A DNA stretch of 64,000 bases, taken from positions 24,294-88,293 of the forward strand of contig JAGNJW010000008.1 in the NCBI GenBank assembly GCA_018000455.1. The letters are read 5' to 3'. Positions 1 to 9,094 of this stretch are shown here, piece by piece. This stretch comes from Acidobacteriota bacterium. GTDB taxonomy: Bacteria > Acidobacteriota > Vicinamibacteria > Vicinamibacterales > UBA2999. How positions within the stretch are numbered: the first letter of the stretch is position 1; each line of letters begins with the position of its first letter. The notes beneath the pieces were generated by a model that saw only the letters and a program-made list of their open reading frames with translations, ran no database searches and was not told where the DNA came from. A program made the translations under genes and the position numbers.

Positions 1-303
1 CTGATGAATGACGACCAGCGCGCCTCCATGGCTGGTCGTCACGGGGCTTTCATCGTGATAGCGCAGGGCCTCCCGCAGCCGGTCGGGATTCACTCCGAGC
101 GTACGTGGATCGCCGATGCGCCAGCCGCCGTCCAGCTCCGACGGGGGAAAGTAGCGAGCCTTCCCAGGCCGCGCCTGCTCGCTGTCGGTGCTGCCGGGCC
201 ACGGCAGGAGGCCCAACCTCACGGCGCCAACGCCGGCCATGCCGACGCCCGCCGCGGCAAGGATGCGTCTTCTGGTCAGCGTCAGTGAAGGGCGGGGTGT
301 CAT
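1..303 (-). CDS. Serine hydrolase (beta-lactamase-like), N-terminal part only; gene runs off the left edge
   Basis: Not in ORF track because there is no stop in the window. Reverse-strand ATG at 303..301 opens 101 sense codons down to position 1. Product reads MTPRPSLTLTRRRILAAAGVGMAG (twin-arginine-signal-like) ... SHGGALVVIHQ. Family assignment is from weak N-terminal resemblance only. Confidence 0.45.
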   Translation of the reverse strand, partial: MTPRPSLTLTRRRILAAAGVGMAGVGAVRLGLLPWPGSTDSEQARPGKARYFPPSELDGGWRIGDPRTLGVNPDRLREALRYHDESPVTTSHGGALVVIHQ

Positions 304-329
304 GGGGGCATGCGCTTGGGCGACGACGA

Positions 330-2387
330 TTATCGCTGGGCCGTCGGCGCACCGCTCGTCGTCAGGTGCTTGTTGAACCAGTCGAGGTAGCGCTGCAGGC
401 GATCGCGCTCGTAGCTGGGCACCGTCAGGCCGTGGAACTGGCCCGGGTAGACGACGAGCTGGGTCTCGACGCCGAGGCTCCGCAGCGCCTGATACATCTG
501 CTCGCCACCCGCGATCGGCACGTTGAAGTCTTTCTCGCCGCCCATGAAGAGCGTCGGCGTCTTGATCCGGTCGGCGTGGAAGAACGGATACGACACCTTC
601 ATCCAGGCGTCGGGGTTCTTCCACGGCTGGCCCATCTCCTGGTCGTACTGGACGATGTACTGGTCGATGCCGTAGATCGAGAATTGCAGCGAGCTGGCGG
701 CGCCGCTGACCGCAGCCTTGAAGCGCGTGTCGCTGGCGATCGTGTAGTTGGTCGAGATGCCGCCGTAGCTCCAGCCGCCGATGCCAAGCCGGTCGGGATC
801 CGCGATGCCTTGCCGAACGGCCTCATCCACCGCGCCGAGCAGGTCCGCCACCTCGAGGTTGCCCCAGTCACGATGAATCGCCTTCTGCCAGGCGTTGCCC
901 CGACCCGCGCTGCCGCGATAGTTGATGGCGAGGACCACGTAGCCGCTTGCGGCCAGGAACTCCCGATCGAACGAGAACGTGTGCTCGTCCTGGCCATTGG
1001 GGCCGCCGTGAATGATGAGCAGGGTCGGATACTTCGTGCCCGCCTTGAAACCGGCGGGCTTCACGACCAGGCCGTGCACCTCGGTGCCGTCCTTGCTTCT
1101 GGACTGGAAGTCTTCGGTCGTGGCCAGCTGCAACTCGCTCACGAGGGTCGCGTTGTGGCGGGTCAGCGGCCTTAGCGTCGTTGCCTCGAGGGCGTAGATC
1201 TCTCCCGGCTCGTGCGGCGACGTGGCCAGCACGGCGAAGTGCCCGTCGGCGCCTGCGCTCATCGCACGAATGACGCGCCGGCCCGTGGACTTGCGCTGCA
1301 CGGCGCCGGTCGGCGTTTCGGCGGGCACCGTCGCCACGTGATTGGTCCGGTCGTCCTGCAGCAGAAAGGAAATATGCTGGCCATTTGCCGACCACTCGAT
1401 GTTCGACACGGCGCGGTCGAGCGATGCCATGTAGACGACCGGCTTGTCGGTCGGGGTCGGCAGGTTGGCCGGCACTACCGTCAACTTGCTCATCCGGTAG
1501 GCGGTGTTCTGGTCGTCGTCGCCGGTCAGCACCGCGATGCGGCCGCCGTCGGGACTCCAGGCCGGGCGTCCGGATTCGCCGAACGGAGTGTTCGTGATCT
1601 GCGTCGGTACGGCACCGGGGGTGGCCTCGACGGTCCACAAGTCCTGGTTCGAGGTGCGGTCTGGGTCGGGCGCGCCGCGCTTGCTGAGAAAGGCGATGCG
1701 CAAGCCGTCGGGCGACCACTCGGGGCTGGTGTCGTCGGTGCCGCCGCTGGTCACGACGGTGTGCGTCTTCGTCGCCAGGTCGAACACCGCGATGTGGCTG
1801 TAGACGTGGCGCAGATGCCCGGCGCGATCCTGCTTGAACTGATAGCGATCGATGACGATTGGCGGCGGTGTCTTGCGCTTCCAGCCATCCTTCTTCTCTG
1901 GTTCGCTATCAGGGTCGTCGTCGCGCGCGACAAACGCGATGCGCGTGCTGTCGGGTGACCACTGGATGTCGGACACGCCGCCCTTGACGTCGCTCACGCG
2001 TTCGGCCTCGCCACCGGCCAGGTTGAGCAGCCAGATCTGGCCGCCCTTCTTCTTCTCCTCCTCGGTGCCGCGCGCGGCGACAAAGGCCAGGTACTTGCCG
2101 TCCGGGCTCCAGCGCGGCGACGATTCGCCGTCGGGCGACGAGGTGAGTTGCACCTGCTGACTGGCGTCCCACTTGACCATCCAGATGTCGCTGTTGCGCC
2201 GGTCTTTCTCGGCGTCGATGGTGGTCAGCGTGTAGGCCACCCAGAGGCCGTCGGGCGACCGCTGCGGATCGCCGACGGCGGCGATCCGCGAGTGGTCCTC
2301 CAAGGTCAGCGGCCGCTTGGGCGTCTGGGCCTGGCCAGCTCCGGCCGCCAGGGTCAGGATGCCTACGGCATAGAGGAGTCGTCTCAT
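330..2387 (-). CDS. S9 family prolyl oligopeptidase / acylaminoacyl peptidase with N-terminal TolB-like beta-propeller
   Basis: ORF 330..2387. Signal-like N-terminus MRRLLYAVGILTLAAGAGQAQ. Recurring SPDG/WSPDG propeller motifs. C-terminal alpha/beta hydrolase with nucleophile elbow GGWSYGG. Confidence 0.9.
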   Translation of the reverse strand: MRRLLYAVGILTLAAGAGQAQTPKRPLTLEDHSRIAAVGDPQRSPDGLWVAYTLTTIDAEKDRRNSDIWMVKWDASQQVQLTSSPDGESSPRWSPDGKYLAFVAARGTEEEKKKGGQIWLLNLAGGEAERVSDVKGGVSDIQWSPDSTRIAFVARDDDPDSEPEKKDGWKRKTPPPIVIDRYQFKQDRAGHLRHVYSHIAVFDLATKTHTVVTSGGTDDTSPEWSPDGLRIAFLSKRGAPDPDRTSNQDLWTVEATPGAVPTQITNTPFGESGRPAWSPDGGRIAVLTGDDDQNTAYRMSKLTVVPANLPTPTDKPVVYMASLDRAVSNIEWSANGQHISFLLQDDRTNHVATVPAETPTGAVQRKSTGRRVIRAMSAGADGHFAVLATSPHEPGEIYALEATTLRPLTRHNATLVSELQLATTEDFQSRSKDGTEVHGLVVKPAGFKAGTKYPTLLIIHGGPNGQDEHTFSFDREFLAASGYVVLAINYRGSAGRGNAWQKAIHRDWGNLEVADLLGAVDEAVRQGIADPDRLGIGGWSYGGISTNYTIASDTRFKAAVSGAASSLQFSIYGIDQYIVQYDQEMGQPWKNPDAWMKVSYPFFHADRIKTPTLFMGGEKDFNVPIAGGEQMYQALRSLGVETQLVVYPGQFHGLTVPSYERDRLQRYLDWFNKHLTTSGAPTAQR

Positions 2388-2409
2388 GGCAGGGAAACTA
2401 CCAGATTTG

Positions 2410-3315
2410 CTACTCCTTCGCTCGTCGAATCACCTGCGAGTCTGGATAGAACGCGCGCCAGGCGAACCAGTACGACGCAAACGCCGACACCTTCTGGCCG
2501 TCGACTTCAACGGTGGCGTTGGTGCGATCGCCGGTCGGCGTCACGGTCACCGGCAGGCCCTCGACGGTGGTCGTCAAGGTCGCGCCTGTTTGCAGGTCGT
2601 CCATCGGCACCGCGACAGCGCGGCCCTTGACCTGGAACCCCACGACCACCATCTTCGGCGGGTGGGTGCCGCTCATCCGCGTGCGTCCGGTGACGCCGAT
2701 GTTTGCGGAACCGTGGTACGTCTCGTAGCGATCCGTCGTGCCGGTCATGCCCGTGGCTCCCTGCTTGTCCAGTACGAGCGTCGCAGGGTGCAGGGTTCGC
2801 CATTCCTTCCACGACACCAGCGACGATTCGACGATGGTCAGGCGCTGCCCCTTGAGCGGCCCCTCGATGGCATCACCGAGTGCTTGGGCCCACCAGGAAT
2901 CGGTCTGCCGGTCGTACATCACGAGGTTGTCGCGCCACAACATGCCTGAGACGCCGAAGGTGAGTTCGCGGGCGCCGACCGTGCGGGCATACACGATGCC
3001 TGTGTAACACAGCGGTCACCAGGTGACGGCGATCGAGCGCGAGCCGATCGTGTCGTTGACGATCTCGTGGCCGTTCAAGAGCCACGTCGAGTAGGCCTTG
3101 GCCGCCTGTCCGTCCGCGACGCCGATGACCGGCTCGTCGTCACGCATGAAGGTCGCCTCGGCGGCAGTAACGAACACCGGCGCGTCGATGGCGGGAATGC
3201 CGTCTTTGGGCAGCCCGCGCACGACCGGATCGCCGTCGATGGACTTCTCTTCGATCCAGGTGCGGCCCTGGGCGGCGACGAGCGCCACTAAGACGAGTAC
3301 AGGAATCAGATTCAT
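2410..3315 (-). CDS. DUF3179-family protein interrupted by a single in-frame TGA (candidate selenocysteine codon, or nonsense pseudogene)
   Basis: ORFs 3016..3315 and 2410..2994 are in the same frame, separated only by TGA (3016..3018) and 7 sense codons. The joined product reads ...GSRSIAVTW-[TGA]-PLCYTGIVYARTVG...FGVSGMLWRDNLVMYDRQTDSWWAQ, which is one DUF3179-type protein. Confidence 0.6.
2986..3000 (-). other. Small mRNA hairpin 15 nt downstream of the in-frame UGA (SECIS-compatible position, not diagnostic)
   Basis: mRNA GGCAU-CGUGU-AUGCC has a 5-bp stem and 5-nt loop with G at loop position 2. A second hairpin CUGUG-UUA-CACAG lies directly after the UGA. Confidence 0.2.
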
Positions 3316-3325
3316 CGAGAGGACC

Positions 3326-4495
3326 TCAGCGCGTTGGTGAGTGCAGCGTCAGCTTCTGAATGCGCCAGTTGTTCATGTCGGCCACATACAGCGTGTCGTC
3401 GGTCGGACAGGCCAGCGAATGAATCCAGTTGAACTGCTTCACGTCCCGGCCAGAGATCCCCATCGTCCCGAGGATGCGGCCGTCGAGCGTCATCTTGTAG
3501 ATCCGCCCGGGTTCCGAATCCGACGTGTAGAGGTACTGCGTGGCGCCGCTGGTGATGCACAGCGTCCAGGGTTGCGTCTCGTCAGGAGGGCTGGCCGCCA
3601 GGTTGCCGAGCACCGGGTGGCGCGTCTTGTCGTAGACGGCGTTCAGGAAGATGAAGCGACGGAAGGTGCCGTCGGCGTCGAACACCTGAATGCGACGGTT
3701 GTTGCGGTCGGCGACGTAGACGTTGTTGCTGCGATCGACGGCGATGTTGTGCGGGGTATTGAACTGCCCAGGATTCTGGTCGGCGTGCGGCCCGCCGGAA
3801 CCTCTCGTGCCCCACGACGTCACCCACGCGCCGCGCTTGTCGTACTTCGCGACGCGCGCGTTGGTGTAGCCGTCGCTGATGTAGATGTTGTCGTCGGCAT
3901 CGAAAGCGATGTCGGTCGGACCGCGGAAGTAGCCGTCCTGCGCGGGCGGCGGCGGCGGGCCGCCGCGGCCATGGAACCACGACTCTTCCGGATCGTCAGG
4001 GCCCTCGGGGCGACGGCCGAGGTTCATCGTGACGTACCCTTCCGGGTTGAATCGCACGGCCGTATTGGTGCCCTTGTCGACCACCCAGAGGTTGTCGTGG
4101 CGATCGAAGCGAATGGCGTGGCCGTAGCCGAGGCCGTAGACCTTCTTGCCGATTTCGCGCACGAAGCGTCCCGTGGCCAGGTCGAACTCGAGCAGTTCGG
4201 TCGACGCGTTGCCGTAGAGCGGGCCCTGGGTCGCACTGCCCGGGTGATTCAACACCACCAGGCGGTTCTTCGAGTTGATGGCCACGCCGAGCACCTCGCC
4301 GAAGTTCATGTCGGCCGAGTAGGTCAGGAAGTCGGTCGCTGCATCAAACGGGATCTCCGGCACGACGACCGGCGAGGGAGCCGGCTGCGGCGATGGCGCG
4401 GCGGCGGGCTGGTCGGCCGTCACCCCCGGGTTGCGGAACAGGAACACGGCACAGACGAGCACTGCTGGAATCGCCATCGCCGACCATCGCTTCAT
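3326..4495 (-). CDS. NHL-repeat six-bladed beta-propeller protein (peptidylglycine-lyase-like), secreted
   Basis: ORF 3326..4495. Signal-like MKRWSAMAIPAVLVCAVFLF. Repeated NHL-type motifs such as YVADRNNRRIQVFD, YVADMNNWRIQKL and YISDGYTNARVAKYD. Confidence 0.8.
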   Translation of the reverse strand: MKRWSAMAIPAVLVCAVFLFRNPGVTADQPAAAPSPQPAPSPVVVPEIPFDAATDFLTYSADMNFGEVLGVAINSKNRLVVLNHPGSATQGPLYGNASTELLEFDLATGRFVREIGKKVYGLGYGHAIRFDRHDNLWVVDKGTNTAVRFNPEGYVTMNLGRRPEGPDDPEESWFHGRGGPPPPPAQDGYFRGPTDIAFDADDNIYISDGYTNARVAKYDKRGAWVTSWGTRGSGGPHADQNPGQFNTPHNIAVDRSNNVYVADRNNRRIQVFDADGTFRRFIFLNAVYDKTRHPVLGNLAASPPDETQPWTLCITSGATQYLYTSDSEPGRIYKMTLDGRILGTMGISGRDVKQFNWIHSLACPTDDTLYVADMNNWRIQKLTLHSPTR

Positions 4496-4532
4496 GAGAG
4501 CCTCCGAACGTCTGAGTTGAGCGGGCGGGCGG

Positions 4533-6347
4533 CTAGTTCACGCCGAAGGCGAGCAGCACGTTGCCCGGCCGCGCGCGGTAGTCGCCGGAGTTCACGTAGA
4601 GCATGCCGCCAACCACCACCGCCGCCGGGCCGTTGAGCGAGCCGCCCCGCGCCTTCACGCCGTTCACGGTGGGGAAGTCGCGGTTGGTATCGTAGTGCCA
4701 GAGCACCGACCCATCGCGGGTCGAGTAGGCGCGGATGCCGCCGTCGAAGGAACCAGACAACACGGCGCCTGGAATCACCGTGATCGCTGCCGACTGGGCG
4801 CCGTTGCAGACGCGCGCGGCGCCGCTGCACAAGAGCGGATCGGGCGGCGCCGCGAACCACACGCGCTCGCCCGTGCCGATCTTTACCGCGTGCAGGCCGC
4901 CCGGCTGCGGATGATTCTGATCGGCGACCGGCAGGTAGGCGTTGTCGGCGTCGGCGGCGATGCCCCACTCGATGCCCCCGAGCGTGCCGCCGAGGCCGGC
5001 GCGGTACTGCCAGAGCACCTTGCCGCCGTTGTCGGGGTCGAGGCCATAGGCCACGCCTGACTTCTGCCCCACGACGAGCATCTCGCGGCCGTCGGGTCGC
5101 TTGGCGATCACTGCCGAGGCGCCGAAGTCGTAGTCAGGCCCCGGTGTGTCGCCGCAGTTCACTTCGCCCGGTCGGCACCCGTAGAGATCTCCAGGCGCGA
5201 GCTGCTGCTGCCATCGCATCTTGCCTGTCTCGAGGTCGAAGGCCACGATGGCGTCGGTGCCCGGCTGCGACTCCTTGCCGCTGTAGGTGTTGCCCACCGC
5301 CGCGTAGATGACCGCTCGCTTCACGTCGATGGTTGGCGCCGACCAGATGGCGCCGCCCGAGGGTCCCCACGACTCGCCGCCATCAGGACGCCGGCCCATG
5401 AGCACCGGGGCCACCGGAATCGGATAGGCGCGCCAGATCGCGTGGCCGTCCGCGGTGTCGAGGGCGACGATCGCGCCGCGAAACGTGCAGCAGTTGTAGG
5501 TGGGGCTCTTGCCGACCTCTTCGTAGGAGGACGTGGGCACGTAGAGCCGGTCCTGATAGAGCAGCGGCGAGCCGGTGAGCCGCACGAGCGGATGGTCGTC
5601 GACCAGCACGCTCCAGATCAGTTGGCCGGTGGCCGCGTCGACGGCGTAGGCCCATCCCTTCTGATCGGAAAAATACGCATTGAACCTCGCAGCCGCGCCA
5701 GGACGGGGACCCACCGACACCGCGCCGCGCACGCCGCCACGCGCTTCGTAGATCCACACGACGCAGCCGGTCTTGGCATCGAGCGAGTAGACCGTGCCGT
5801 TCTGCGAGCCCACGAAGAGCCGTCCGCCAACGACGGTGGGCTGTGCCCAGGCTGCTGTGGCCTCCGGCAGCCCCAGCGCCCACTTCAGCGTCAGCTTCGG
5901 CAGTTGCGCCGCGGTGAGGCCGCCACGGCTGGCCGGCATGAAGTGCGTGTTCGCCAGATCGGCACTCCATCCGTTCCAGGCCGGTGCCGACGTCAGGCTC
6001 GTGAACGGTGCCGGGTTGGCGCAGCGGCCGATCGCCGGATCTGCTTTCGTCGCGACGCCCACCGCCCTGCCGGTGAGGTGCTCGGCCACTGCGCGCCGCT
6101 CGGCCCCGCTCATCGAGATCCCTTGATAGCGCATGGCGCCACCGGTCAGCGCCGCGATGATCGACTCGGGTGAGCGCGCCTTGAGCTGTTCCGTCGCCGG
6201 GGCGCGCGAGGCGGCCGCCCCGTCATGACACGAAGCGCAGCTGGTGCGGAAGATGGTGGCGCCGTCGGGCGCCTGGGCCCGTGCCGGGGCCGTGAGCATC
6301 AGGAATGTCCCCGCCGCGGCGGACGAGGTCAGCAACGAGCGGCGCAT
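4533..6347 (-). CDS. PQQ-repeat beta-propeller dehydrogenase with N-terminal c-type cytochrome domain (PVA-dehydrogenase-like architecture)
   Basis: Track ORF 4533..7529 is over-extended and antisense to the FGE gene. The internal ATG at 6347 gives MRRSLLTSSAAAGTFLMLTAPARAQ (signal), a heme motif CASCH, then PQQ-like propeller repeats. Confidence 0.85.
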   Translation of the reverse strand: MRRSLLTSSAAAGTFLMLTAPARAQAPDGATIFRTSCASCHDGAAASRAPATEQLKARSPESIIAALTGGAMRYQGISMSGAERRAVAEHLTGRAVGVATKADPAIGRCANPAPFTSLTSAPAWNGWSADLANTHFMPASRGGLTAAQLPKLTLKWALGLPEATAAWAQPTVVGGRLFVGSQNGTVYSLDAKTGCVVWIYEARGGVRGAVSVGPRPGAAARFNAYFSDQKGWAYAVDAATGQLIWSVLVDDHPLVRLTGSPLLYQDRLYVPTSSYEEVGKSPTYNCCTFRGAIVALDTADGHAIWRAYPIPVAPVLMGRRPDGGESWGPSGGAIWSAPTIDVKRAVIYAAVGNTYSGKESQPGTDAIVAFDLETGKMRWQQQLAPGDLYGCRPGEVNCGDTPGPDYDFGASAVIAKRPDGREMLVVGQKSGVAYGLDPDNGGKVLWQYRAGLGGTLGGIEWGIAADADNAYLPVADQNHPQPGGLHAVKIGTGERVWFAAPPDPLLCSGAARVCNGAQSAAITVIPGAVLSGSFDGGIRAYSTRDGSVLWHYDTNRDFPTVNGVKARGGSLNGPAAVVVGGMLYVNSGDYRARPGNVLLAFGVN

Positions 6348-6470
6348 GTCGTGACTCCTGAACACGGAGTGTATCGTTGCTTGGCCCCGGATCCCTCGGT
6401 CGAGCGGCGCCCGGCGCCAGGCGCCGCGCCACCGCTCGAAGCTGCAGCGGGGTGCTAGAGTAGCGCCGGA

Positions 6471-7604
6471 ATGGCGAGGCTCTGTCTTCGAGCGCGCACG
6501 TGCATCAGCGCCGCGGTGCTGCTGCTGACCGCGGCATGCCGCCCCTCGCCCGAGGCGCCGGCGCCGAGCCCGTCGTTTACGCCCACCACGCTCCACGACA
6601 CGGCACCGCCGTCGCCTGTCCCCGCCGGGATGGTCTGGATTCCGGGTGGAGAGTTCTCGATGGGCAGTGACACCGTAGCCGAGGCCCTGTGCGACCTGCC
6701 TGGCATCACGTACGACGCGCAGCCGATCCATCGCGTGGCCGTGGATGGGTTCTGGATGGACGCCACCGAAGTCACCAACGCGCAGTACGCCGCGTTCGTC
6801 GCGGCCACCGGATACGTGACACTCGCCGAGCGTTCGCCGGATCCGGCCGAGTTCCCGGCCGCGCCGCCAGAGCTGCTGGTGCCGGGGTCGACGCTCTTCA
6901 CGCCCCCCGGCCGGCCCGTGGCACTCGACGACGCGCGGCAGTGGTGGCGCTGGGCGCCCGGCACCAACTGGCGTCACCCTGAAGGCCCCGGCAGCACGCT
7001 GGCCGGACGCGAGCACTATCCGGTGGTGCACGTGGCCTTTGCCGACGCCGTCGCGTATGCCTCGTGGCGCGCGGGGCGGCTGCCGACTGAGGCCGAGTGG
7101 GAGCTTGCGGCGCGCGCGGGCCAGAGCGGAAAGCTGTATGCCTGGGGCGACGAACTGACGCCCGACGACGTCCATCAGGCCAATATTCATCAGGGCAGAT
7201 TCCCGCTGGAGGACGATGGACTCGACGGCTTTGCCGGCCTGGCGCCGGTGGCGCGTTTCCCCGCCAACGCCTACGGCGTGCACGACATGGCCGGCAACGT
7301 GTGGGAGTGGGTAAGCGATTGGTATCGCCCCGACTACTACTCTCTGCTGGCCGCGACCGGTGAGGTTGCGGTGAATCCCCAGGGGCCGAACGATTCCTTC
7401 GACCCTTCGGAGCCAGGTCTTCGGAAGCGCGTGCAGCGCGGCGGATCGTTTCTCTGCACGGAGCAGTACTGCTCCCGCTACCTGGTGGGCACCAGGGGCA
7501 AGGGCGAGATCTCGACCGGCAGCAATCATGTGGGGTTCCGCACGGTCAAGACGGCAGGAAGCAGACAGCCAGGAGCATCAGATGGTGAGGAAACTCGTCG
7601 GTAA
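6471..7604 (+). CDS. Formylglycine-generating enzyme (SUMF1/FGE family), lipoprotein-like signal
   Basis: Motifs seen: GGEFSMGSD, WRHPEGPGS, HPVVHVAFADAVAYASW, LPTEAEWELAARAG, NVWEWVSDWY, RGGSFLC. The N-terminus ends in LLTAAC. Confidence 0.9.
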   Translation: MARLCLRARTCISAAVLLLTAACRPSPEAPAPSPSFTPTTLHDTAPPSPVPAGMVWIPGGEFSMGSDTVAEALCDLPGITYDAQPIHRVAVDGFWMDATEVTNAQYAAFVAATGYVTLAERSPDPAEFPAAPPELLVPGSTLFTPPGRPVALDDARQWWRWAPGTNWRHPEGPGSTLAGREHYPVVHVAFADAVAYASWRAGRLPTEAEWELAARAGQSGKLYAWGDELTPDDVHQANIHQGRFPLEDDGLDGFAGLAPVARFPANAYGVHDMAGNVWEWVSDWYRPDYYSLLAATGEVAVNPQGPNDSFDPSEPGLRKRVQRGGSFLCTEQYCSRYLVGTRGKGEISTGSNHVGFRTVKTAGSRQPGASDGEETRR

Positions 7605-9063
7605 CGCGAGCCGGATCCGCACGATCCCTGTGGCTGTGGCGGCGGCCCTCGCCCTGGTCTCGTGCCAGACACCACCCAACCCCGTAGTGCCGGCACAGCC
7701 CAATGTCGTCGTCGTGCTCGTTGACGATGCGCGCTGGGACGACTTCGGCTTTGCCGGCCACCCGTTCGTCGACACGCCGGCCGTCGATCAACTGGCGCGC
7801 GAGGGCACGCGCTTTGCGAACGCCTTCGCCACCACGCCGCTGTGTTCGCCAAGTCGGGCGGCCCTGCTGACGGGGCAGTACGTGCACACCAACGGCATCA
7901 TCGACAACACCGCGCGCGACGCGGCCAGTCATCGGCTCGCCACCTTCGCCGTGCCACTGGAACAGGCCGGCTACCAGACCGGCTTCTTCGGCAAGTGGCA
8001 CATGGGGAACGACGACACGCGGCGGCCTGGGTGGACACATTGGGTCGCCATGAAGGGACAAGGCGAGGCGATCGATCCCAACCTCAACGTCGATGGCGAG
8101 CGGCTCACCGTCAAAGGCTACGTCACCGACATCCTCACCGACTACGTGGTGAGCTTCATGCGGCGCGCCGAAGGCAAGCCGTTCATGGTCTTTCTCGCGC
8201 ACAAGGCCCTGCACCCGAACGTTCAGCAGCTCGACGACGGCTCCACGGCGCAGTTGACAGGCCAACTGTCGGGATTCATTCCGGCCGAACGTCATCGTGG
8301 GCGCTACGCAAACGTCGAGGTGCCGCGACGGCCGAACGCCCGCGTGGCCCCGACGAAGAAGCCGGCTCTGCAGCGGACGATCGCCGGCCTGCCAGCGCTG
8401 GCGCCCGCGACGGGCACGCCCGACGTCGACGTGCGCGCCCGGCTCGAGATGCTGCTGGGCGTGGACGAAAGCCTCGCGCGCATCACCGAGACGCTGCGCG
8501 AGATGGGCCAACTGGACAACACCGTCGTCGTCTTCACGAGCGACCACGGCTACTTCTACGGCGAGCACGGGCTGAACGCGGAGCGTCGTCTCGCCTATGA
8601 AGAAACGGCGCGCATCCCGCTCATCGTTCGTTATCCGCCGGTGGCAAGGGCCGGCGCCACGGTGCCGCAGATGGCGCAGATCATCGACCTGGCGCCCACC
8701 GTGCTCGCGCTGGCCGGCGTCGCCGATCCGACCGCGCGCCAGGGACGATCGCTCGTGCCGCTGCTCGAGGGGGCGAGCGTGCCGTGGCGCGATTCGATCC
8801 TGCTCGAGTACTACACCGACCAGGTCTTTCCCCGCACGCTCACCATGGAGTATCAGGCGGTCCGCACCGAGCGCTACAAGTACATCCACTACGTCGAGCT
8901 CACGGGCATGGACGAGCTGTACGACCTGCAGGCCGACCCGTACGAACTCGAGAATCTCATCGGGACCGCACCAGGCGACCGCGTGTTGCCGGAGCTCCAG
9001 GCCGGCCTGGCCAAACTGCAGCAGGACACCGGGTATCGACGGGACTTCCGCGGCTACCGCTAG
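7582..9063 (+). CDS. Cys-type (arylsulfatase-like) sulfatase, lipoprotein signal
   Basis: Internal ATG at 7582 gives MVRKLVGN...ALALVSC. Sulfatase signature VVVLVDDARWDD ... PLCSPSRAALLTGQY (CxPxR FGE target). The start overlaps the end of the FGE gene by about 23 nt. Confidence 0.9.
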   Translation: MVRKLVGNASRIRTIPVAVAAALALVSCQTPPNPVVPAQPNVVVVLVDDARWDDFGFAGHPFVDTPAVDQLAREGTRFANAFATTPLCSPSRAALLTGQYVHTNGIIDNTARDAASHRLATFAVPLEQAGYQTGFFGKWHMGNDDTRRPGWTHWVAMKGQGEAIDPNLNVDGERLTVKGYVTDILTDYVVSFMRRAEGKPFMVFLAHKALHPNVQQLDDGSTAQLTGQLSGFIPAERHRGRYANVEVPRRPNARVAPTKKPALQRTIAGLPALAPATGTPDVDVRARLEMLLGVDESLARITETLREMGQLDNTVVVFTSDHGYFYGEHGLNAERRLAYEETARIPLIVRYPPVARAGATVPQMAQIIDLAPTVLALAGVADPTARQGRSLVPLLEGASVPWRDSILLEYYTDQVFPRTLTMEYQAVRTERYKYIHYVELTGMDELYDLQADPYELENLIGTAPGDRVLPELQAGLAKLQQDTGYRRDFRGYR

Positions 9064-9070
9064 CCCACAG

Positions 9071-9089
9071 ACGGCCGCGGCGCGGCCGT
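9071..9089. terminator. GC-rich hairpin between convergent genes (possible bidirectional terminator)
   Basis: ACGGCCGC-GGC-GCGGCCGT is a perfect 8-bp stem with a 3-nt loop. It lies between stop codons 9061..9063 (+) and 9095..9097 (-). There is no U-tract. Confidence 0.35.
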
Positions 9090-9094
9090 GAGAT

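Noticed and set aside
6348-7529. N-terminal extension of ORF 4533..7529, and analogous extensions of 24745..27048, 36009..38576, 9269..11401, 36357..39497, 14360..16048, 35437..36102 and 51013..53289
   Set aside because: The extensions run antisense through well-supported neighbouring genes and translate to junk. Internal starts are followed by signal peptides or the conserved family N-terminus.
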